Assembly (NCBI RefSeq): GCF_000150275.1
Contig: NW_002060946.1
Coordinates: 7,441,991-7,461,185 of the forward strand
Length of the DNA stretch: 19,195 nucleotides
DNA from: Trichoplax adhaerens
Taxonomy: Eukaryota; Animalia; Placozoa
Direction: 5' to 3'
In this document: one piece after another, positions 9,147-19,195 of the stretch
Layout: the number at the start of each line of letters is the position of its first letter
How positions within the stretch are numbered: position 1 is the stretch's first letter
Position numbers and translations under genes: made by a program
Notes under the pieces: generated by a model
Told to the model about the DNA's origin: nothing
Seen by the model: the letters and a program-made list of their open reading frames with translations, nothing else
The model's database searches: none

Positions 9147-12124
9147 AATAAGATCACTGATTCCGTGATAGAATATAGCGGTACTGTTATTAAAAATTAA
9201 GAATGAAACTCTTTATCCGCCATCTGTGCAAAATGCTACTTCCTATAAAGACCTTCTAAGCTAACTCGACATGGTAGAGATAGTTTCTCAGAATTGTACG
9301 TGCAATCATACACAATATTAATGATATACCTTCAGACATTATGCATAAATACTGTAAAAGATTATTATAGAGTAGACCATATAACTTATTATTACTATAT
9401 TGAGTTACTCGTAATATTTGATTTGATTAAAGCTTTCCGAAGAAACCGGCAATCTTAACATTTGTTTAGCCAAAAGCTGTAATAAATGTTAAATGTACGA
9501 AGACTTCTTTACTAGTATTAATTCTTATGCAATATAATTATGGGTTATTTGGTAAACAATATGCTTAATTTATGAAATCATTTCTGTACTTGGTTCTAAC
9601 AACTATTTTTGCGAAGTTTAATGGCAACAATATTGTTAGAAAAATGCCCGATCATTGATGTTTTAAAAAACTGATCTATTCATTAGTGTAACATGCAATA
9701 TGAAAGGGATGCTTAATTTTGATACGTAATGGAATTACTTAAACTTTGAAATCTAAGTTCAAAAATTGAATCTGTTAGTGATTACTTATCTGCTGTTTCG
9801 ACTTACGACAGGAAAAGTAAAATATCTATTTAAAAATAATAAATATATAAGCAATACTGATGTTGCAGCGTTAGCCATATGCACTTAATTAAATAGCACC
9901 TGCATATTCATAAAGAAGTATTCTGGTAGTAATTTTCCATTATATCTATCTTTTGTATTTCATTACAAACAAAGTCAATTTAGGTAGAATTTATCTTGCG
10001 ACATTTGTGAAGTATACTTAATACTTGCAATCACGAATACAGGTATAGCATGTGAGCTTTCGCCATACGAACTTCTTTTCGAAAGTTGCTTCGATTGGTG
10101 TGTGATTTTGTTAATTTTATGCAAAAAGATATGGTTCTCTGAATTGTTCAAAAATTCTAATCATAAATAATTTGAAGTAAACAGGTTGTTACGGAATTCT
10201 CGTTAACAAAAATCTCTCCAACTACAGACTATAATTTCAAATACGAAGATAATTTCTATTGCATTGTATTAGAATGAAATTCTACAATTACTAGAATTTC
10301 CTGCAAGCCTGAAGCTTGTACATCCTTTGTACTAACACCATGACTGTACATTAAAATACAGCTGACTCAATATCATTAATTTCAGGCCTAAGTCTAACTC
10401 CATTGTATTTCGCATAAGAAAATTTAGTTTACGATACAAATCGAAATCAACGACAATATTACATAGAACCAAATCTAAGTAGAGGCTGTATGTGTATAGC
10501 AACGTTTTCATTTCAATGAATGTTCAAATCTATCAGATACAGAATTAATCGAATTTAGATTTAGCCTCACAAACATCATTTGCTGTGCTATCCAACGTTG
10601 AATGATTAGGTGATTTTATTTTGTTACTCAGATATAATTAATATCATTAGCAGGAAGTTAGCAGCAGCTAAAATTAATAAACACTGGTAAATTAGAGTCT
10701 AGTAATAAGTTAATAAATTGTAACATATGAAACTATACATTATTATCCTCTACTTACAATCAAATTTAATAAAGCTAGTTTCTATTATAGTAATTTTAAT
10801 ACGGGCATTTAACCAAAACTTTATGAGCTAATATTATATTTAACATTCTGGCAGTACGGTATTTTATTGTTGCAGAATCTTAGTGATGATCTTGATATAC
10901 GGCATGAATATAACCTTATTACGAGGAGTTACAGCACACCAACGTATGAAATGCGAAACAGGCTTATGTTAGAACGCTATGTACTATATGTACTAACAGG
11001 TAAAAGTTAAAGACAAATTGTATTTAATATTATGTAAGAAAAGGCTTTGTTACTCAAGTGTACAAGATTTCTATAGAGCTTGGTTGAAAAGTATCTGCTA
11101 TTTGCAAGACGTTATAATTTCATCGTCCTTGCATTAGTAAATTGCATAAGACTATAAAAACCTTCAAAATGAATATTTAATGATATATTTGTAGTATCTG
11201 AAAGTTTTAAATTAGCTAGTTTACCCATGAGTAAACATTTAAAAGGATTTCTGTAATACTATACAGTAATAAAAGGCACGTAAAGAATAGTTACGAAGGT
11301 ATCAAAATTTTAGTATTTCGTACCGTTGAATGACTGTTTTACCATAGGTGTATCAAATGAAAGTGACGACTTTTGGTGAAAGATGCTTATAAAGATGTTC
11401 TTAAAATAAGCAGTGTTCCATTTCGATTCAAGTGTTGTCTTAATTGTTCGTGAAAAGCTTTTTCGTTGATTCTTATCAAAGAATGACGGTTATGTATTAC
11501 ATCTATAACATGTAGCTGCCAGTAACAAAAGATTTCACGTATAGACAAGGAAAAATAATGTTGACTAAGAATGTTCTATTCTCATATCCATATAGATAAG
11601 AGAAAATGTATTATTCTTATGTTACCGTAATTACCACCTTGTATAGCTTTGTTACATCCCTTTCAGGTAGTAACGTCGTATAAATTAAATTAGCGTAGTG
11701 AATGCATCAGTAAATTATGGTAGAAATACTAGCTTTAAACTATTACATGATATTTTGCCGTTTCATATACATCAAATACCAGCGGCCATACTATTAGTTC
11801 ATTTTGGAGTAAATCTTTGACTACTGTGTGTTTCTGCTAGCTAGTAATATTCCACAAATTATTGAACGTAACGTTAGATGGTAGTCAGATAATGAACCAT
11901 AAATACTAACACACATTATCTTCTATTTATTTTGATTGATCTAAACGTTAATTGCAACTCTGACTGTGATGCACTGGTATTCCTCTCTGCCGCTAGAATA
12001 TCTTTGCAACTCGTAGGATAATCAAATATTCAATCAGTTTAATAGCTATTGGAAATTTATTCTACTAGTAAGACTCTAAACTTGCAGTAATTAGAAAAGA
12101 TAGCAAAGATCGCAGTAAAGCAGT

Positions 12125-13057
12125 CTAGCTGTAGTTTTTGATAGGCAGAATTCTAACGAGGTTTGATCTTATGTTTTTATCAAAAAACAAAAATAGAATT
12201 GGATTTATTAGACAGGTTGAGTAAGCAACTCCAAAAATAAATGCGAATGCTACTGATGACGGTGAATTTGTTCTTAATGAATCAAATTGGGTAGTATTGG
12301 CTAGTGCTATGCCTGTCATAAATATACTGAAAGGTAATATTAAAATCATGTAAACTGATGTTGTTATAACCATAAATTTTACTGCATTAAGAGATCGATT
12401 TACCTGACTTCTTCTATTTTTTTGCTCTGCCTGTTTTACTCGTGACAGTAGCTTGCGAAATATCTTAATATAGCAAAATAACATCACAATTGCGGGTATG
12501 ACGTATCCCACTATCATTACTGCTGTATAAAAAGTTTGATTAACTATTGGACCGAATGGAAATCCTGTCATACAAGTTTTGTAATCGCTGTTATAAGTTG
12601 TTAAAGAATAACCAGGAATAGAAATTGAGAAACTAACTGTCCATATCGCAATCATCCATTTTGAACGATGCTTGTATATGAATGAGGTTGAACGAAAATG
12701 AATGGGGTCTGAAACCATTTTGAGTCGATATAGGCTTATTAATGCCAAACTGAACGAAGATGTAAGTAATGAAGCATAAAAGATGAATGAAAGAACTTTA
12801 CAAAATATGGACCAGGCAAAATTACTTAACGGTATGTTAGTTAAACTGAAAAAGTTAATGACGAATACTTGTATCGATGTAGTCAGATCAGAGGCTGCTA
12901 CATTAATAATAAAGAGGTATGTCGGATCAAGCAATTTTTTTGAGCGAATAATTACCAAAAGCAGTAGGAAGTTACCAATTATCCCAAGAATTGAAACTGC
13001 GGTGATGCTAGCGGCCATAGATAGTAAAGCCGAACTGGAGGACGTGGAGTTATTCAT
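12125..13057 (-). CDS. Intronless rhodopsin-class (class A) G protein-coupled receptor, orphan, 310 aa
   Basis: Seven hydrophobic segments. TM1 GN, TM2 NVAASD, Cys at the top of TM3 (FCKV) with an ECL2 Cys (KTCM), DRY-position SLYRL, TM4 W, TM5 IP...CY, TM6 LPF, TM7 NPILF, and N-terminal N-glycosylation sequons (NNST). Confidence 0.95.
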   Translation of the reverse strand: MNNSTSSSSALLSMAASITAVSILGIIGNFLLLLVIIRSKKLLDPTYLFIINVAASDLTTSIQVFVINFFSLTNIPLSNFAWSIFCKVLSFIFYASLLTSSFSLALISLYRLKMVSDPIHFRSTSFIYKHRSKWMIAIWTVSFSISIPGYSLTTYNSDYKTCMTGFPFGPIVNQTFYTAVMIVGYVIPAIVMLFCYIKIFRKLLSRVKQAEQKNRRSQVNRSLNAVKFMVITTSVYMILILPFSIFMTGIALANTTQFDSLRTNSPSSVAFAFIFGVAYSTCLINPILFLFFDKNIRSNLVRILPIKNYS

Positions 13058-13675
13058 TATAGGATATTATCGAAGTAAATTTTGCTATCTTAATAATCTA
13101 AATATTTAAAGTAAAAGATGAGGCAACTTTTGGATACAGATTATGATTTAAAAGGTCAATTCATTAGAACAAGTAAGTTAAATACGAGAACGATTTCACC
13201 TGACGAAAATCAACTGAAGACTATATGAAGTGCTTTAGCATAGGTTATCTTTTATGTTTTCTTTACATTAAAAATAAAGTACCAAGTATTTATCAAATCT
13301 CAAATTATGTAATTTTTATGATAATATGCTGTTTCAACTTTGTAAGACAAAGAGCACAAACAATAAATTGCTAACAATTTTGCATGAAATTAATTTAATT
13401 ACTGTAAAGTTTACCATATTTCAAGTGTGCATTGATGCAGGTAATCAAAAGCTGATCTATTAATAGAATATTAAAATAACATGATGTAATGCCCGAACTG
13501 TATTATATCAGAAATGTCAAAGATTTATTTATTAGAGACATATATGGTATTGCAGCTTTTGTTTAGTAAAAATAATTCCGAAGTCTCCATAATCATACTT
13601 TATATGTATAATTCCCGGAACAATTTAATACCGACTGTAAGATGTCGATCGCTAAATGGCGGTTATTTTCATAGA

Positions 13676-14118
13676 CAGAAAAACCTTGATGCATAAATAC
13701 TATTAGCAGATAATAGAAGCAGGCAAAAGTTAAATGTCTATTCAAGGTTGACAATATTTGCTTCATGTAAAAGTTAGAGAAGCAGTAAACACGCAAAACT
13801 AATGCGTTTATTGACATAATTGAACCTTGATGCGTGAATACTACTTACAGATATGAGTAAGAAGTGGACACGCAAAAATAGTGCGTCATCAATTAACATC
13901 TAAACAGAAAACTTTAATGCATGAATATCACTTGCAGATAGAAGCAAGAAGCAGGCAAAATTTAAAAATCTACTTCAAGTTAGGCGGTATTTGTATCGTG
14001 CAGTAGTTAGGGAAGCAATAGACATGCAAAATTAGTGTGTCATCGACCTAATCTAACCTTGATGTATGAAAGCCACGTACAAATATGAGTCAGAAGTAGG
14101 CAAAAAGTAAGAGTCTGT
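13676..14118. repeat. Degenerate tandem repeat with a unit of about 141-145 bp, arranged as a higher-order duplication of about 228 bp
   Basis: The unit start AAC(C/T)TT(G/A)ATG recurs at 13682, 13823, 13910 and 14055. Shared blocks include GAAGCAGGCAAAA, AGTTAG.GAAGCA and ACA(C/T)GCAAAA.TA.TG.GT. The second unit is internally deleted (87 bp). Confidence 0.9.
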
Positions 14119-15360
14119 TTTTACTGAAAATCGATTTTTAGTAAGTTATTGGGTTAGTTGTTCTACTAGTTTATCAATTGCTATTGAATAATCAAGACTA
14201 TAATCTTGGTTGTTTAGATTCCTTCAGTAATAAATAGTAGTAATTCTCTGACTACCTCGTCTACACTATCAGTAACGCTATAACGATACTGGAGTATTCG
14301 ATCCTTGGAACTGATCCATTCCTTGATATCGCTAATTTCGTCTCTGTAATATTGTAAGAGTTGGTCTTCATTAGCGTCAGCATGTATAGACTTACTTTGT
14401 CACTAGTGTTGTGTGATAGTGTCATATAGGAGGTGGAGAAGCAGTAGACAAGTAAAAAATGTGAATTACCGATCCAATCGAGAATTTGTTCCATACTCTC
14501 TTTATCTGTGCAAGTACTACACATAAATATTTTATAAAAGGCAGGACTCAATCCTGCATGAATATTAAAAGATCTTTAAGTTTCGCCAGATACCCTATAC
14601 AATTAGAACGACAATTATTGCTATCAGGCATCGACTGAATAAGAAATACTTAGCGGAATATTTTTCAGAATAATTTTAAAAGTTTTCAATTTTAAAATTA
14701 TTAGCATAGAGGATAGTATCGAAGTGGTATTGACGATCAAAATTGCTACCAGATCGTAGTTTTTTTTATAATAATATCTAACTGTCATCTAATGGCACAC
14801 TGGGATGAGAATTGTGCTAATTTATGTCGCAATTCAGGATCAGTAATAAGATTTATTTTCATCGGAAATCTCTCAAGCTATATGTTGGATCTCCTACACA
14901 GCACTGCAATATTAAATAAAGTAACATACATTAATAAATTATTTAAACATTGCATTTTAGTTATTATATCAGATTATTGTATAGTTCTGCCAACTAAACA
15001 TCATTCGTAGACTAGACTATAACATTACACAAGTGCTTTTTCGCAGAAAGTATCTACCTATTGTAAATGTCGATACTTCTTGGTAAAGGAACTAATTTAT
15101 TCAATAAGGAGAAATTTAATAAGAAGTCAGAATCTATCAAAAGTTACTTTTGATTAATTAAAATTTTGCAATTAACAATTGATGCCATCAAATATTTTGA
15201 GGCTTAAGGGTAAGTTTATATTCTTTAAATGTTACAGTATCTGCTATTAAAGTGTTAGAATTAGTAGATTGTAAAGATCGGTATCTTAACATAAATTCGA
15301 AAGAACATTAACCTTCTTAGAAGTTTAAAAATTTTCGAACAATTACAGAATTTAAGCATA

Positions 15361-15728
15361 AATTGCGTTTAGGTAGCAGATGTAAATTTTGTTAGAATAA
15401 GAAGCTTAGCAATAGTATTTCTAATTCCTAAAGCGTTCCCTGTTGTAATTTTCTTGACCCGTGTTATATCGAGAATGATCTATTTCTGTAGAGAGTTTCA
15501 TCGTAAAACTTTATTTTATATCCTTTTCAAAGCCGATAATATTGTGTAGTTAAAGCAAATGTAAATTTTGTTAGAGTAAGAAGTTTAGTAAAAATGTTAT
15601 AATTTATAAAGCAATCCTATTATAATTTTCTAGAGCTAGGGTATATCGTCGAATAATTCATCTCCGTAGAGAGCTTTATCGTGAAATATTTTTTACATAA
15701 TCTTCAGTAGCTGATAATTGCTTATAAG
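15361..15728. repeat. Two-copy degenerate tandem duplication, period about 179 bp
   Basis: AGCA(G/A)ATGTAAATTTTGTTAGA.TAAGAAG.TTAG occurs at 15375 and 15554. GTAGAGAG.TT.ATCGT and G..GATAAT also recur at the same offset. Confidence 0.9.
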
Positions 15729-16093
15729 AAGCGCACATAGACAGCAAGGGATTCATACAATATATAATAATATATTATGTTGATTAAAATGAATTTTTCT
15801 CATTTACAGTAGCTATTATTCCATATGTAATTATCTCATCTCTCCCGTGCAACAGAATTGAGTTAATTAAATTTATTGGATGGATACAAAAGCAGATCAT
15901 AGTAGGAGTATCGGTTTTAGTTTATCCTATCGAACCATATAGTACTGTTTTCTGAATCTAAACTCAATCATTGTACCTGTAGCTAGCTCATCATGAATTA
16001 TTGATGAATAATATTAAACTTGACTGTACAGCACATATATTTTATCGACTACTAATCAGAAAACAGTGAACATTCTAATGTTTTAACTTGACT

Positions 16094-17020
16094 TTAGCTA
16101 TTAATAGAAAATATTCTGATCATGTTTGATTTTATATTTCTATCAAAACATAAAAATAAAATTGGATTTACTAGGCAAGTCAAGTAGCTACTGCCGTAAA
16201 TAAATGCGAATATCACAGAAGCTGGTGGATTTATTATTAGCAAATCAAACGGGGTTAAGTTTACTATCGCTAAAACCGCTAGAAATATGCTAAAAGGTAA
16301 TATTAAAATCATGTAAACTGATGTTGTAACAACCATAAATTTTACTGCATTAAGAGATCGATGTATTTGACTTCTACTAGTTTTTTGCTCGGCTTGTTGT
16401 ACTCGAGTTAGAAGCTTACGAAATATCCGAATATAGCAATAAAACATCACAATTACTGGTATGATGTATCCTATTATCAATACCGTTATGAAATAAATTT
16501 GATTTAATGTTTGACCGAATGGAGAATCTGTTACACAAATTTTGTATATACTACTATAAGCTGATAAAGGGAAACTAGGAATAGAAATCGAGAAACTAAC
16601 TATCCATATCGCGATCATCCATTTTGAACGATGCTTGTATATTAATGATGTTGTACGAAAATGTATGGGTTCTAATACCATTTTGAGTCGATATAAGCTT
16701 ATTAAAGCTAGACTGAACGAAGATGTAAGTAATGAAGTATAAAAGATAAATGAAAGAACTTTACAAAATATGGACCAACCAAAAGGACTTAGGTACAAGT
16801 CAATAGCGGTAAATAAATTGATGCAGAATACTTGGATAGATGTAGCTAGATCAGAGACTGCTACATTAGTGATAATGAGATATGTTGGATCCAGTAACTT
16901 CATAGAACGTATAATCACCAAGAGTAGCAGGGAGTTCCCTAATATCCCAAGTATAGCAATTGTAATGACACTGGCGGCCATAGGCAGCAAAGCTGAGCTA
17001 GAATTTGTGGAATTATTCAT
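16094..17020 (-). CDS. Intronless rhodopsin-class (class A) G protein-coupled receptor, orphan, 308 aa; close paralog of 12125-13057
   Basis: Same motif set (GN, NVAVSD, FCKV, SLYRL, W, IP..CY, LPF, NPILF). I placed the start at ATG 17020 (MNNST), matching the paralog; the track start at 17041 is a TTG. Confidence 0.95.
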   Translation of the reverse strand: MNNSTNSSSALLPMAASVITIAILGILGNSLLLLVIIRSMKLLDPTYLIITNVAVSDLATSIQVFCINLFTAIDLYLSPFGWSIFCKVLSFIFYTSLLTSSFSLALISLYRLKMVLEPIHFRTTSLIYKHRSKWMIAIWIVSFSISIPSFPLSAYSSIYKICVTDSPFGQTLNQIYFITVLIIGYIIPVIVMFYCYIRIFRKLLTRVQQAEQKTSRSQIHRSLNAVKFMVVTTSVYMILILPFSIFLAVLAIVNLTPFDLLIINPPASVIFAFIYGSSYLTCLVNPILFLCFDRNIKSNMIRIFSINS

Positions 17021-17373
17021 TCTATTAAAATGCTTTAGCAAGTTTTGCTGCTTTAACTCGAATATCTATAAAGTTAAAGATAAGGCAATTTCTGGATATA
17101 GATTATTTTTGATAAAATTTGAAACAGATTTAGAATTCGATATTCTGAAATGAAAAGATTTTGACAATTGCTGGAATGAGAAATTTAGATTAACTTTTAG
17201 ATTTTACGATAGAAACCTCAGTAGAAGGTTATTATAGTGCCACTGTATAGTTAGTCATAACCATTTAACTTTCAAAAGATAAGCGTTAAGGATATTTATG
17301 ACGAATATACATAATTTAAATATGATGACATACTATTTCAGTACGCTGGACGATAATTTTAACAATATATTGC

Positions 17374-17421
17374 AACCTTTTGTATTAAATTAAATTAAAT
17401 TAAATTAATTATCAAAAGGTT
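17374..17421. repeat. (TAAAT)n microsatellite bracketed by a 9-bp perfect inverted repeat
   Basis: AACCTTTTG (17374-17382) ... about 4.5 copies of TAAAT ... CAAAAGGTT (17413-17421). Confidence 0.7.
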
Positions 17422-19195
17422 AGTATACCTAAAGTAGGTTTGATGAAAGTCATTGAAGCTAATTACTTAATAGAAGTTTAAAAGGCATCATTACTAGATC
17501 TACGAGTTTGTAATGGCCGAGTAATAGTCTTTTACTATTACCATAGGTTCGCGATCTCTAACTCTTAATCTGAGTTATTTTTAAGTCGAGTACATCCTTA
17601 TGATAGGCAATAAACCGTCACAACCGATAGAGTAGTTTTAAAACTACGTTTATTATTCCGTCTATCTGTGAGAGTGAATTCAATTTTCACCTCTCATATA
17701 ATCAGTTGAAAACGGTTAAGATAAACCGGATAAACACACTTAGATTATTTTTTACAAGCAAGTATTTCCATACAAAATCATATAGCATAGCATAAGCTTA
17801 CACCCTATAGTAAATGTATTAATCTAATACTATTAAAAAACAGAAATCGGCGCTAGTTAAGATGAAACAGATAACTTTTAACATGTGACTAATAGCTTAT
17901 CAATATCTATATTAATGTAATATATGTCTAGACAATCTATTAATCAATCCGGTAAGCAAATTCTTTACAAATGTGAATAATGACTATTATATCAAAAGAG
18001 CACCAAAGGAGAATACAAAAGGACAAAAAAGAAAAAATTTGTACTCTACCAAAACGGGCTATTTCGAAGAACAGACTTTGTACTATTATAAAGTAGCAAA
18101 AAATTTTTCAAAAATTATAGGGAAAATTAATGATATGCCAAGTTAATTACACCGCATTACAAGATTCAGTTCCTGAATTACAACCAAGCCGATATTTAGG
18201 ATCCTGATCTTACTCTTAAAATTGATTCTCTTCTCATTATAGTGTTCATGTTGCCCAGCTATTATAGGATTTGCAAAGCTATTAATGGTATGAAAGAGTA
18301 ATTTATCAACTTTTCGTATAAGAATAGTTTTAATAATATATAAAATATTTAACAAATCATTTAATTACGTAAAGTTCCGATACCACTTACCTTAACATTT
18401 ACTCATGGATAGCAATAAATCTTATATTAAAGTTGTTCGCCTTTGTAATACCTATTTTATTTAGAATTAAACATAAAAGAATTAATTACCCTTTCAATTT
18501 AAGTGAATGTGAAGATCTCTTCTACTAAAGTTCAATATTCAAGAAACATGAAAGCATATATTACTGTCCTACCCATTTTTGAGAATAAAGTTTAGTGCTC
18601 AATTTCTAGTCAACTCTATTGGACAATCTATACTACTGATAAATCCTTGAATAAATGTATAAAAATACCGCCGACGAAAGTTTAATATTTAGAGACTACC
18701 TTATTTAAGTTATCATAATCAGGCAACGCTAGTATTATATTTTTGGACGATATATATAGCTGAAGATGAAAGCAATATCTTGAGGTTATCTTACGATATT
18801 GCTCGCAATCCATATAAAGAAATAGCGGACTGGAATTATCCTTCTCGTCATAATTCTTCATTAAGCTTATTATGCTGTAACTATGAGGTTTTAAATGAAA
18901 CCAATTCAATAACGCATTAAGCAAGTTCTATATGATTGCTGGCTTTTACAGCCATCATTATGGTTACTCATATTGCTAAAGATAGAGGCTCCTTCTTACA
19001 TTTATACTTATCAAGCTAATGAAAAAAAAATATCAATGCACATAATGTTAGCAATTCACAAACTTATAATCTGAAACTTAATTTCTCAGTTGTTATCCCA
19101 CTTAAGCCAGTTACAGAGCGATTTGAGTTAGACTTCCAAAAGCAGCTATCAGATGTTAATTAAAAATGTTTCATATTGCTGTTGTATTGTAATAA

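Noticed and set aside
7483-10724. Possible Ginger-type TGT...ACA termini (TGTTACA near 7483, TGTAACA near 9688 and 10719)
   Set aside because: The match is only 7-8 bp with no extended inverted repeat, which is expected by chance in AT-rich DNA.
12190-12240. Possible opsin identity of the GPCRs
   Set aside because: The position equivalent to the retinal-binding Lys296 (six residues before the TM7 Asn) is Tyr in both intact genes.
12783-13109. Antisense 108-aa ORF, with a counterpart at 16770-17153
   Set aside because: This is a shadow frame whose third codon positions coincide with those of the GPCR. Stops arise only from particular Tyr/His/Gln contexts, which are scarce in TM1-3, and the similarity of the two ORFs follows from GPCR paralogy.
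13676-14118. CRISPR-like interpretation of the repeat
   Set aside because: The units are long and degenerate with no unique spacers, there are no cas genes, and the context is eukaryotic.
5488-18355. Remaining short ORFs of 60-96 aa (5488, 5804, 6575, 7511, 8274, 13514, 13593, 14261, 14792, 18143)
   Set aside because: No recognisable motifs, composition typical of translated AT-rich non-coding DNA, and several begin at non-ATG codons or overlap repeats or real genes.
18682-18924. 80-aa minus-strand ORF, and an alternative-frame AISLYGLRAIS resembling GPCR TM3
   Set aside because: No recognisable domain, and no flanking TM2, TM4 or TM7 motifs to support a fourth GPCR remnant.

Overview
AT-rich (roughly 70% A+T) eukaryotic, most likely animal, genomic DNA with three assembly gaps. 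The short GT-AG introns and the cluster of intronless, short-N-terminus rhodopsin-class GPCRs suggest an early-branching animal such as a placozoan (Trichoplax-like); this is an inference. The window holds a minus-strand array of related class A GPCRs: two intact paralogs (12125-13057, 16094-17020) and one multiply disrupted pseudogene (about 1479-2437). Between them on the plus strand, the three ORFs at 7892-9146 splice into one intron-containing gene of about 352 aa. It encodes a KRBA2/SCAND3-like (GINGER2/TDD-type) integrase with an intact HHCC zinc finger, but all three DDE catalytic positions are substituted (E/V/D), and I found no terminal inverted repeats by eye. This candidate domesticated transposase gene is the most notable item. 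Two degenerate tandem repeats lie between the intact GPCRs, and there are several orphan exon-like or CpG-rich segments.
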